A DNA stretch of 31,227 nt, from contig MU053482.1 in NCBI GenBank assembly GCA_013239625.1, positions 310,001 to 341,227 on the forward strand, written 5' to 3'. Shown in pieces: positions 1 through 10,249 of this stretch (its first letter is position 1; each line of letters opens with the position of its first letter). The translations under genes and the position numbers were made by a program. Below the pieces are notes generated by a model. It made no database searches and was not told the DNA's origin. It worked only from the letters and a program-made list of their open reading frames with translations. This stretch comes from Lama guanicoe (Eukaryota).

Positions 1-53
1 CCAGGGCACTGCCTGAAGAGCTGGAGCTGGAATTATTACCGAATTGTAAACAG
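1..53 (+). CDS. SMPD1: Acid sphingomyelinase, 3' part of exon 4 (truncated by window edge)
   Basis: Translates PGHCLKSWSWNYYRIVN(R), matching ASM; donor AG|gtagga at 54. Confidence 0.93.
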
Positions 54-186
54 GTAGGAGGGAGGTGGGGCGGGGGGTGGGTTGGAAATCCCCTTGAGCA
101 TCTCATCATCCTTGCTGCCCCACTGGGGTGGGGAAACTACTTATTTGAACAGGATGGAGAAAGAAAGCATCCTGTCTGCCCCAGAC

Positions 187-200
187 NNNNNNNNNNNNNN
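187..200. other. Assembly gap (14 N) flanked by an identical 34-bp duplication
   Basis: 153-186 and 201-234 both read gatggagaaagaaagcatcctgtctgccccagac. Confidence 0.97.
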
Positions 201-262
201 GATGGAGAAAGAAAGCATCCTGTCTGCCCCAGACTCCCCCCCCACCCCACCCCCACCACTAG

Positions 263-478
<216 letters not shown>

Positions 479-639
479 TAGAGGGAATTGGTGGGAGAAA
501 GTTGGGGAGATAGAAAAAAGCGGAGGCGGATTTGGGGGCGGGGGCGGAGGAAAGGTCGCTCAAGGGCAGGCCTGACATGTGGTCCCTCCCTGGAGTCGCC
601 TTTGCCTCTTCCCTCTACAGCCATTCCTCCCTCTTGCAG

Positions 640-1049
640 GTTACCGCGTCTACCAAATAGATGGCAACTACTCGGGGAGCTCTCACGTGGTCCTGGACCA
701 TGAGACCTACATCCTGAACCTGACGCAGGCGAATGAGCCCGGAGCCACGCCGCACTGGCAGCTCCTCTACAAGGCTCGGGAAACCTATGGGCTGCCCAAC
801 GCGCTGCCTGCCGCCTGGCACGACCTAGTGTACCGTATGCGGAGCGACATGCGACTTTTCCAGACCTTCTGGTTTCTCTACCATAAGGGCCACCCGCCCT
901 CAGAGCCCTGTGGCACGCCCTGCCGCCTGGCTACTCTGTGTGCACAGCTCTCTGCCCGCTCAGACAGCCCTGCTCTGTGTCGTCACCTGGTGCCAGACGC
1001 AAGCGCTCCTGATGTCCAGAGCCTGTGGCCAAGGCCATTGTTCTGCTAG
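640..1049 (+). CDS. SMPD1: Acid sphingomyelinase last coding exon (exon 6)
   Basis: cttgcag| acceptor; (G)[31 protein letters not shown]...[10 protein letters not shown]; phase matches the previous exon. Confidence 0.97.
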
Positions 1050-1373
1050 CACTCCCAGGGCCCAGAGTTGGGAAAGCATGTGTCTTAGGAAAGGAGTGAA
1101 AACCCCTGAGAGGCACCACAGCAAGGTCTGGCGGAAGAGCCTATCCCCCCACCCAGGCGCACCTCCAAAATAAGACTGCCATTCTTGGAGCTGACTTAGC
1201 AAGATATGGGAGCGGGGCTGGGTGCTCTGAGGCTGCTGTCCTTTCATGGCCATGGAGCAGAGGTCTCAGTTGGCACTGCCCTGGACAGACCAGACAGAAG
1301 CTGTCACCCCAGGCCTGTGCTGGCCAGCCAGGAACCCTGTACTGCTGCTACTGCCTGGTTGCCAGGCTGTTAA

Positions 1374-1379
1374 AATAAA
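1374..1379 (+). terminator. SMPD1: SMPD1 polyadenylation signal
   Basis: AATAAA about 325 nt after the stop, followed by a T-rich tract near 1416-1425. Confidence 0.85.
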
Positions 1380-1541
1380 AACAAGAGACTTGGGCTCAAG
1401 ACCCTGCTGTGACCTGATTTCTTTTGAGGCAGGCAGGGCAAGGGGGCCCTGGGAGTAAGAGCCTAACTGAGGGATCAGGGTACCAGGAGTGATGGTGTAG
1501 TGCAGGCACAGGAGGCACACAGTTCAGCAGGGCAGACAGAC

Positions 1542-1547
1542 TTTATT
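1542..1547 (-). terminator. APBB1: APBB1 polyadenylation signal
   Basis: tttatt on + (AATAAA on -), about 370 nt past the APBB1 stop. Confidence 0.85.
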
Positions 1548-1916
1548 AGTGATATCAGTACAGCAGAGGTGCCCACGGAGCAGGGGGCAGGGGACCCATG
1601 CCTGACCAGTCCCCTCCTGCCCCTGCAGGACCCTACAAAGATGGGGCCTGGCCTAGACCAATTCCTCCTGCTCCACCTGAAACGTGGGGATAGAGAACCT
1701 GGGGCTGGCCTTGCTTCCTGCTCCTTTCTCATCAATCCACCAGTATTGTCACTTTCTTGCAGGATTAGATTTCCCTCCCCAGCCCCTAGGCAGGGAACCC
1801 TAGCTCATGGGGAGGGGCAGCTCTGAGATCTAAGAATAGCCTGTAGGGCCCCTCCCTGCCCCAAACCCTTGAGTTCCCTGGGGCCCAATGCAAGCAGGTG
1901 GAGGGAAGACAGGGCT

Positions 1917-2084
1917 TCAGGGGGTGTGGGCCCCCAGCCGTTTGGGTTTGAGGGAGCCCCACAGTGACTGAACGCCCCTGCGGACAGTCCACCCTACACG
2001 CCGGGCAACGGACTCAGCCGGAGGTGCTGGGAGGCAGGAGGTGGAGGCCTGGGAGCGGGCATCCAGACACTTCTGGTAGCGCAG
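1917..2084 (-). CDS. APBB1: APBB1 last coding exon (14)
   Basis: ctgcag| [55 protein letters not shown]. Confidence 0.96.
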   Translation of the reverse strand: MRYQKCLDARSQASTSCLPAPPAESVARRVGWTVRRGVQSLWGSLKPKRLGAHTP

Positions 2085-2168
2085 CTGCAGAGAGACAGGA
2101 GGGGCGGTCACAACCCAGCCTGCCCGCTGTCGGCTGGGCGCCACCGCTCCACCACCCTGCCCACTTAC

Positions 2169-2345
2169 CATGCATGCAGCCTGCACGGCCTCTGAGAGGC
2201 TGGCAGCATTGGGCTCGCACCAGAACATGTGGCAGCAGAAGGAGGCTGGGCCGGCAGCCATGATGAATGCAAACGTGTGGACATCTCTGCCCACGGCCAG
2301 GAAGGACAGAAAGCGCACCCGGCACTCCCCCAGCACTGCCTCTGT
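2169..2345 (-). CDS. APBB1: APBB1 exon 13 (PTB2)
   Basis: cag| [59 protein letters not shown] |gtaagt. Confidence 0.96.
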
Positions 2346-2472
2346 CTGCAGGGAGGGGAGCCAGTTGGAAAGGAACAGTCCGACCCTCTTCCACTGGGCA
2401 CCTCCACCTTACAGGCAGCCCTTCCCCTCGCCCCTGGGCTCCCCTCCACGGCAAGGCGCGGCAGGTCTTTAC

Positions 2473-2588
2473 CTGCTGGTGCAAGATGGTGAGGGTGGCA
2501 GGGGCCACACTGACGTGGCTTGGGGTCCACTGCTCACGGCTACTGGAGGACAAGACTGACTCCAGGGCCCCATTAATCACATCTACCC
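2473..2588 (-). CDS. APBB1: APBB1 exon 12 (PTB2)
   Basis: ttcag| (G)[38 protein letters not shown] |gtaaag. Confidence 0.95.
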
Positions 2589-3024
2589 CTGAAAGACAAG
2601 GACATGAACATGGCACTACTGGGGGTGGGGAGAAGACACCCCAGCTCTACCCTAGACTTTCCAGCTCTGCCCCATCAAGCTCAGGGCCTCGGCTCTCCCC
2701 TGGCTTCACTAGCCTACAGCTCCTGACAACGCTGTGCACGTACCCCTTCCTTGGTGCTCTCCTCCTTGGCTTCGGGGACTTGGCACTTCTCTGGCCTCTT
2801 CCAGCATGAATCCTAAGCTTGGTTTTCCTCACTGACTGCCTCTTCCTCCAGCCTCCTAAGCAGACTGACCCTCCACGAGCTCTGCCCTCTCTGTATCTTG
2901 CTTTCGGTGTTCATCCACATTCAGACCTTCCAGTGCTTCACACCACAGTGCCTCCCAGATCAGCCCCTACAGACCAGTCCTCTCCAACCTTTGGTTTTTT
3001 GTTTGTTTGTTTGTTTTAAGACAT

Positions 3025-3215
3025 CCATTTGAGGAATGTTTACTCTCTTGATCATTACAGTGCACTCTGCCATTTACTATCTCAGAACAGATTCCTTTAT
3101 CACCATTTCACAGATAAGGAAACTGAAGCTTTTAGAAATCAGGTAATAAACCTTAGGTCACACTGAGGAATGGGGATCAGAAGGCAGGCATTCTGATTCC
3201 AGATCCTAGGTTCTC
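3025..3215 (-). mobile_element. MIR SINE, degraded
   Basis: ccatttcacagataaggaaactgaag...aggtcacac resembles the reverse-complement MIR core. Confidence 0.7.
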
Positions 3216-4569
3216 AGCCAGGCCTTTCTCCTGCCCCTTCTCTATATTCTTAGTTTTAGACCCAGAAGGGCTGTCAGAATCTTCACTGCACTCAGTAATC
3301 TCTGTGATGTGCTCCAAGGCCAAGGAGCCCAAGTTTCCAGGCTTTTAGATCAATCAACTTGCCATTGTAACAATGTTTTCTCTACCTTAAACTGCTGTTA
3401 CACATTTCCACCCATGCATCCCACTCCTGCTTGTACTCAGCAGAGAACCAAGACAGGAGAACACGGCACGGTGGGGCACGCGTCCTGGTATCCACACTGC
3501 TCGTGAGCTGGCTGTGTCACCTGTGCACCATCACAGTGAAGAGGTTAGAGTGAACCATGCCAGTGCAGAAGCACACACCACTGTGGTCAGCTCGTGGGCC
3601 CTCTTGCCCCTTTCAGTGCCTCTGAGCTACTACTAGGAGTAGACCAGGTGGACCCTTTGTGGGCAGAGGACAAATGTCTTACTCAAAGGTCCTCCCTTAT
3701 CTTGGCCTTGCTCGTCTTACCTCTGGTTGGAGCAAAGCCAAACTTCCCTCCTAAGCATGTAAGTCCTCCAAAAATTGGCCTCATCTGACCTGTCAAGCTT
3801 CACATTTTACTGCTCCCTGAACTTTGAATAATTTATGTAGCATTTATTAACATCTAATCTTGGCAGATGCCCAGGTCGACCAATGGAGAATACAAAGTAA
3901 GAGAAGAGGATGCCCTCAAGGGACAGACTGTAAGTGAGGGAAAAGCCTCTGTCTAGAGGGCCCTTCCCCCTTGACTGTCTGAGAAACTCCCAATTTTCAT
4001 GCTTCAGGGTTCACCCAGGCCCCTCCTGGGAGGCCTTCCCTACTGCAGGGCAGAGAAGGGGCATTGCTAGGACAAGCGTTGGCACAACCTGTAACTGCTG
4101 GGAACCCTTTTCTCCACCCTGGGTTATGGCCATCTCAAGTTTAATTCATGTCTGTGTCCCCAGTCCTAGCACAAGGCTTATCTACTGAAGGAATTCCAGA
4201 TGCATGAGTAAGCCATCCTCAAGGCGACACGGGCAAATGTACCCAAACTGGTACAACCAAGCCACCCAGGAACCATGGAGGGTGATGACACAGGCAGGAG
4301 TGGGCGGGCCAGGGCAGAATGCAGAGGGCTCAGATGTTAATGACACTGATGCCAGTCAATGGAAAGCTCAAGGATCATGAGTGTGAATCAGACATCAAGG
4401 TCAAAGTGCTTAATAAGCAGATGGAGCTGTGGGGGTGGCACCTGGCCCCAGAGTAGGGAGGACCAATGTGGAGGCAGGGAAAGCAGTGGAACTACACGGC
4501 CTGGGAAAAGTCTGTCATAACTGGAAACAGTTCAGGACTGAAATCTGCACCCTGACCCCAGCCCCGAAC

Positions 4570-4795
4570 TCCCAATCTCCCTTATCCTGCTGTGCATTTT
4601 TTTTTTCATCTCAACTGTAGCCTTCAAACATTCTATATAATGTACCGATTTCATTGCCTGTCTATCCTGAATAGAATGTCAGGTACTTGAAGGCAGGAAT
4701 CTTGGTCAGTTTTGTTCATTAACATATACTGAGAACCTAGAGTAGAGCCTGGCTCAGATCAGGCCCTTAGTCATCTGTTGAATTAACGAGTGAAT
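4570..4795 (+). mobile_element. L2 LINE 3' end fragment
   Basis: tagaatgtcaggtacttgaaggcaggaatcttgg...cctggctcag...tgttgaattaacgagtgaat resembles the L2 3' terminus. Confidence 0.65.
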
Positions 4796-5369
4796 CTTTC
4801 CGCTTCAGGAGGGGCCAGTGTTAAATTCATGGAGGGTAAAAGGGGGGCATAAATAAAGCTAAAATGAGCTTAGGGACGAGTGGGCGAAAGCCCTGGCTTC
4901 AGCGGAGCCGACCCATCGAGCCGGTGGGCAGCAGAGGGGCTGTCCAGGGCCGCAGGGGGCTGCTCTCGCGTAGTGAGAGCTTAGTGGGTGGCAGGTGGAC
5001 AGGGGAGTAAGCATAACAGCTGGAAGAGGCCACAGGGTTTCAAAGTTGGGGGTGAGGGAGGAGGAAACTCAGGCAAAGGTGGAGGGCTCAGCCACGCCCC
5101 CTTCCTGACCCCAGAGCAGGATCTTCTCACCACCTCCAGCTCCATGTCTGTGGCAGTGCCACTCCTCTGCAGATCCAGGCCTTCCTTCAAATTCCAGCTC
5201 AATCTCCACCCTGTCTAAGGTTTTCGTCACTGAATATAAGATGCTGATTATTAGTCAGCACGGTTTGAGAGGAGAGCAGAGAACTGAAGGTGACCAGGCT
5301 CTGAGTCCTGGGTCTACCATCTCCCAGCTATGCCCTCTGAGGCAAGTGTGATTCATTCTTTCATTCCTG

Positions 5370-6612
5370 TGTTTATCAATCCACCAACCACTACCAAGTT
5401 CTTCCCAAGTGTCTTTTGACATGACACCCAACCATTGGTTGAAGCAGTCTCCTTTTTCCCTCTGCCCTGTCTCCCTCTCACTGCCCTGGGCAGTTTCATC
5501 CTCCTCCACTGTCCATTAGATGTTGGAGGGGCTCACGGCCAGGCCTAGCCTCGTTGCCTTCTCGCAGCAGCTGCCCGCCTGCCGGGGTCAGTCTTCTCCA
5601 CACACATGGCTTTGATTACCTCTCTAATCCAGTGATGCCCACCTTCGTATCTGCAGCCCAGACCTCTCCTCTCTCAATCCACCTGCCAACCCGAGTTTGC
5701 CACTCAGCTTCCCAAGGCGCATTAAACTCGGGATGGCTGAAATCAAACTCAAATCTCCATACCAAACTGGGCCTCTGCTAAGGTCTGCTACCTTTAGAGA
5801 ATGGCACTCTCCAGTTAGTTCCGAAAGCCAGGAAGCTAGGAGTCAGCCTAGAGGCCTCTGCCCCTCACCCTATATCCAACCAGTCACAAGGCCTGTTGAC
5901 TTTAACGTCTAAACATCTCTTAAATCCACACACTCCTCCTCAGCCCCAGCAAAGTCCAAGATACTCCCATCACTGGCCACAACTGCTGCAAGATCCTCCT
6001 GAGTTCCCCACACCCACCTCCACCTGCTGATCATCTTTCTTCGCGGTATAGCCAAGGTGAGCACTACAAAATTCAAAGGGTTACGCCAAGCGTGCTCTCC
6101 AAAACCCTCTCATAGCTGCTTACTGCTCTTATGATAAAGAACAAACGGCTTACATGGCTTATGAGGTCTCACAGGGTCTGACCGCTGCCCAGCTCCCAGC
6201 CTCACCTCCTGCTGCTGGCCCTCTCACAATGCCTTTGAAGTGCCAAAGTGCCTTTCCCTGTGGCACACACTGTTCACTCTGCCCAGAATGACCTCTCCTG
6301 ACTACTCCCGTCTCCATCCCACTTGACCACATTAGATCCATTTTTTAATCTCAGTTCATATATCACTTTCTCCAGTCCTTTCTGACTCCCTAGACTAAGT
6401 GAGGCCCCTCTGTTACATGGTTTCCTAGCTCCTTGCTACTTTCTTTCAATGAATGACTCAATTTGTAATTATACATTTATTTTTGCAATAATGTAGTTCC
6501 CTTTTTCTACTGTAATCGCCTGTAACCTCCAGGAAAGGACTGGCTATTGCTCTCCCAGGACCTGGCACGTGGTAGGCTGCATAGGTATTTGCTAAGTGAA
6601 TGAACAAGTAAA
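5370..6612 (+). mobile_element. L2 LINE fragment(s)
   Basis: C/T-rich L2-like body ending cctggcacgtggtagg...atttgctaagtgaatgaa. Confidence 0.65.
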
Positions 6613-6659
6613 TAACCGGTAGTGTGAAAGCACTGGAAATACGAGAGAATCTAATAGTC

Positions 6660-6765
6660 TCTACCCTTGGCTTCCTTATCTATAAAATGGGTATTATCAT
6701 AATCCCAACCTCATAAGCTAAATGACATTTAAGGGAGTAGTTTATAAACAATAAAGCACATAACA
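6660..6765 (+). mobile_element. MIR fragment
   Basis: cttccttatctataaaatgggtattatcataatcccaacctcata resembles the MIR core. Confidence 0.65.
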
Positions 6766-7120
6766 AACATATTCACTGCTTCCTGTCTAGATGCCCGCAG
6801 CCCACAGTTGGTGCCGTAATACCAAACCCAGCTCCTGGCTGCTCCGGTGTTTCCAGCCATCCAAGACCCACCTCCCAACCCAACCAAAGCTTTTCAAGGG
6901 GATTCAAGAGTAGGTCTCCCTATGTGCCTGGTTCACATTCAATGAAGGCAGGACACAGAATGCAGCTGGGACAGAGGTACAGGAAGCAGGATGCATTTTG
7001 AAGAACAGGGTGACACCAAGCATGAGGAAGTTCTGGTAGAAGAGGCACTGGGAGAAAGAGGGTGGGGGCAGAGCTCTAGGATCAAGGTAGTGATCCCTGG
7101 GTGAAAAAGGACACACATAC

Positions 7121-7204
7121 CAACAGGTTTAGCAACAGGCACATTCCCCAGGTAGTAGACTTGGAATTTTTGTACCAACTCATTCTTGGGAGCTGGGAAT
7201 TCCA
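7121..7204 (-). CDS. APBB1: APBB1 exon (start of PTB2)
   Basis: ctgcag| (V)EFPAPKNELVQKFQVYYLGNVPVAKPV(G) |gtatgt. Confidence 0.96.
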
Positions 7205-7462
7205 CTGCAGGAGAGAAGAGGAGGATCAGTCACATGGCAGGTCTTGTTCATTCCCAGTCCCCAGAACCAGGGCATAAGCTGGACAGTCACCCACCCTCCC
7301 CCTCCACCTGCCTCTCTTTAACCAAAGTCCCTACACTTTTTTGATCCAAAGGATTAAGTCTCCATTTTTCTACCATTCTGTCCAGTAGCTTGTGACTCTT
7401 CTTGGTTCACCCTACCTTTGCCAACAAAGCTGAGCTGGACCTGGCAGGGTTGTGACACTGAC

Positions 7463-7547
7463 CTTGGAAAGGGACGTCCACAAGTTTAGAGTGGTCCAGG
7501 GAGAGTCCATTTACCAAGCAGCGGGCATTGCGCCGTTCGGCCATGAT
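7463..7547 (-). CDS. APBB1: APBB1 exon (PTB1 end and linker)
   Basis: cctcag| IMAERRNARCLVNGLSLDHSKLVDVPFQ(V) |gtcagt. Confidence 0.95.
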
Positions 7548-7693
7548 CTGAGGAAGGGAGGGGTGGAGGGGAAGAGCAAGGGAGGTCCTTTAGGGCTTCA
7601 TCAAGCTGGAGACGCCCACCCCAACTCTGTGACCCTGCCCACATCCTTATAGAGCAAAGGTGGCAGCTAGTCCAGGGTGCAGAGGGGCCGTGC

Positions 7694-7808
7694 CTTAGAG
7701 CAGATCTCATGCAGGCTGGTGGCGATGTTCTTGGCGGGTGCCTCACAGCGAAACACGTGGCACTTGAGCATCTGGGTCAGCTTATCTCGAGCTACGTAGG
7801 CAAAGTCC
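7694..7808 (-). CDS. APBB1: APBB1 exon (PTB1) ending at a GC donor
   Basis: caacag| (R)DFAYVARDKLTQMLKCHVFRCEAPAKNIATSLHEICSK |gcacgg. Confidence 0.93.
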
Positions 7809-8105
7809 CTGTTGGGGGAGGGGCACCTCAGTGTCTCCCAGTGCCACCCAGCGCTGAGCCTCATCCCCACCCCACCCATACCCTCCCTGTCCACTGCAGC
7901 TCCTCCAGGGCTTCTGCCCTCAGGATGGTACCCTGTGGGTGCTGCCTTCTGGCTGGTGGGAAGACAGGCAAGCATGCCGAGGTAGGGGAGGATGGGCGAG
8001 CACAGCGGGCACAAGGGGCAGGGCAGAAGAGGGGAAGTCGGGTGCTTCTTAGCATCTGGTCCAAGTGTGGGGTGAGGAATGGTCAAGGTAAATTAGGCAT
8101 AGTAC

Positions 8106-8111
8106 CTCTCT
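8106..8111 (-). CDS. APBB1: APBB1 6-nt neuronal microexon (AGAGAG, inserts Glu-Arg in PTB1)
   Basis: - strand ctaac...ctcttgtgctgcgggacccag|AGAGAG|gtact; gives SG-RER-DF versus SG-R-DF. Confidence 0.9.
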
Positions 8112-8215
8112 CTGGGTCCCGCAGCACAAGAGAGGCAAAGAACAGAGTTAGGGAGGGGGGCCCGTTCTGACTGCAGGATGAGCCCCCACCCGAGGATCCC
8201 TGGCCCTGCTCCCAC

Positions 8216-8343
8216 CTTCCACTGTCCCGCCCGACGCCCCACACGCGAATGCTGACGATGGGCTGGGCGTGAAGCAGCGCCTGACTGTGTGGCTCCACCA
8301 GCTTTAGCGTCTCATCCTCCAGCTGTAGCAGCAGATCCTTCCC
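8216..8343 (-). CDS. APBB1: APBB1 exon 8 (PTB1)
   Basis: ctgcag| GKDLLLQLEDETLKLVEPHSQALLHAQPIVSIRVWGVGRDSG(R) |gtggga. Confidence 0.96.
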
Positions 8344-8691
8344 CTGCAGGCCCAGGAAGCAGGCGCTCAGCAGTGCCGCAGCTGGGAAGGTGGCTGATCT
8401 TCACCACCTCCAGCTCGAGGGAGGTGAGCCGCAGCTTGGGGGCCCTTGCTTTGGTGTCAGTCTGGTAGGGGCACACCTGTCACCTCTGACGTGACTCCTT
8501 TTATCATCCCCATCGCCATGAGACAACCATCTCCCAAGGGCCCAACCTGGAGTCACAAGTCCATCTCATAGGCTGTCACTCGCTGGGTCCATACTCCCCG
8601 CCCCAGCCCTCCCATGGGCAGCTTGCTGTCCCAGCCCTTACCTCCCCTTCACTTCTCTGCTGCCCACCACCCTGTCAGCTCAGGCCCTCAC

Positions 8692-8841
8692 CTCCCCCCA
8701 GCCCCCAGACATGGGGTCGTGCAGGTTGTTTTTGTGGTAGGAGAGCTGACGGATGCAGTTGTTGACAGCCACGCTGCTGCGGCCAGGGGCCAGCTCCTCC
8801 TCGGTCATCTCCACCCAGCCTAGGGAGCGCACGGCGAAGCA
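8692..8841 (-). CDS. APBB1: APBB1 exon 7 (start of PTB1)
   Basis: ggcag| [50 protein letters not shown] |gtgagg. Confidence 0.96.
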
Positions 8842-9266
8842 CTGCCAGACACAAAAGAGGGTGTAGGGGTAGAGGGTCTGAGCTAAAACCAGAAGAGCCC
8901 CCAGCCCAGGACAAGGGAACTTCACTGAGACCAGAGGAGTTCCTGACTCAGAACATGGTGGGTGGGAGGGTTTAAGACTAGGATCTATAAACAGGATATA
9001 GTTGGCAGGAGGGGTGATGGTCTCGGAGGAGACCCTTGCTAGTCAAGGAAGCATCTGAGTCAAGTCTGGAATGGCCCCTGCCAGGCCACTGGGCTGGTTG
9101 AGTTAAAAACTGAGGAGCCTCCCACTCAGACACAGGGGTCTGTGCTGAGACTGGAAGACCTTTAGACCTGGGGGGCTGGACTGAGACCAGAAAGGCCCCC
9201 AGAACATGACCCGAGGGGCTCTCCTGCACACGGGCCCGGGGGAATGGGCATTGGTCTTGAACAAAC

Positions 9267-9330
9267 CTTGACCCCTGGGTTGGCATTCCGTGGGGACAGC
9301 TTCTCCTCCTCCTGGGGCAATGGCTCTGGG
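9267..9330 (-). CDS. APBB1: APBB1 exon 6
   Basis: ctccag| (S)PEPLPQEEEKLSPRNANPGVK |gtttgt; phases match both neighbours. Confidence 0.92.
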
Positions 9331-9444
9331 CTGGAGGCAGATGGCGACACTTGGTACAGGCCTCCAAACAGGGAGCTGTCCCAAGGCCCCTTCCAGGTAG
9401 ATCCATCCCACGGCTAGCCCATTGTGTCATGCCTTCCCTCTCAC

Positions 9445-9530
9445 CTGTGGCTCTGAGCCGGGAAGGGCAATGTCCCCTCCTCAGGGTCCTTCAGTCCTAA
9501 ATCCATCGGGGCTTCCTCATTAGGTTCATC
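9445..9530 (-). CDS. APBB1: APBB1 exon 5
   Basis: ccccaag| DEPNEEAPMDLGLKDPEEGTLPFPAQSH(S) |gtgaga; AAG-type acceptor. Confidence 0.9.
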
Positions 9531-9613
9531 CTTGGGGAGGGGAGAGAGGAATCAGGACCCAAACGATGCCCCTTCTCCAGCTCCCCCATTGTGAAGGAGG
9601 GCCCCCCTCTCAC

Positions 9614-9670
9614 CTTCCAAAATTCTCCATCCTCGAAGCCTTCTCCATGGGTGAAGCCCGTCCAGGTGAG
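9614..9670 (-). CDS. APBB1: APBB1 exon 4
   Basis: cctag| LTWTGFTHGEGFEDGEFWK |gtgaga. Confidence 0.93.
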
Positions 9671-9768
9671 CTAGGAGGGGGGGATGGGAGCAAGGAATGG
9701 GTGGCTCATCTTGCTCCAGCAGTACCACCCTCACCCCTGGTCAAAGTCATCAGGCCTGTGAGCCTCAC

Positions 9769-9944
9769 CTGGGACTCCTCTCGGGGGCTGCTCCCCTGTG
9801 ACGGGGAGGCCCGTCCCGGGGGCTCCCACTGGGTGGTTCCCGTTGGGATGTGCCAGTAGTAGGTCCCTGAGGTGTCCTGGACCCTCATCCATCCGGCCGG
9901 CAGGTCGGAATCCGTCTCGAAAGCGTTGGGGTTCCAAAAGGAAT
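9769..9944 (-). CDS. APBB1: APBB1 exon 3 (WW domain)
   Basis: ggcag| (D)SFWNPNAFETDSDLPAGWMRVQDTSGTYYWHIPTGTTQWEPPGRASPSQGSSPREESQ |gtgagg. Confidence 0.97.
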
Positions 9945-10249
9945 CTGCCAGGGGCGGGGGAGGCTTGGTGAATGTCTGCCCCCACGAAAAGCAGATAGTG
10001 AATGGGTGCTATGCCCACCCCCTCCCGAGACCCCATGGTGGAGAAGGGGTGGGGAAAGGGCTCCAGCACAAGGTTCCTGCTTCCCCCTAGAGCCTGAAAT
10101 CTGGAGTCACAGCATGGCAGGGGGCACCAGCAGAGGACGTGACTCAGGTCTCCTCCTGGGCTCGGCTCCTGGCTAATGTGGCCACATAGAGGGAAAGAGG
10201 AAGGCAGAAAGAAGGGAGGGAGGTTGAGTGACCCCAAATGACCTCCTGT

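Noticed and set aside
613..620. Upstream acceptor-like ctctacag before SMPD1 exon 6
   Set aside because: 19 nt upstream of the in-frame acceptor, so it would frameshift; no support for use
4935..4955. REST/RE1 site
   Set aside because: Only the right half (GGACAGCCCC on -) matches; the CAGCACC left half is absent
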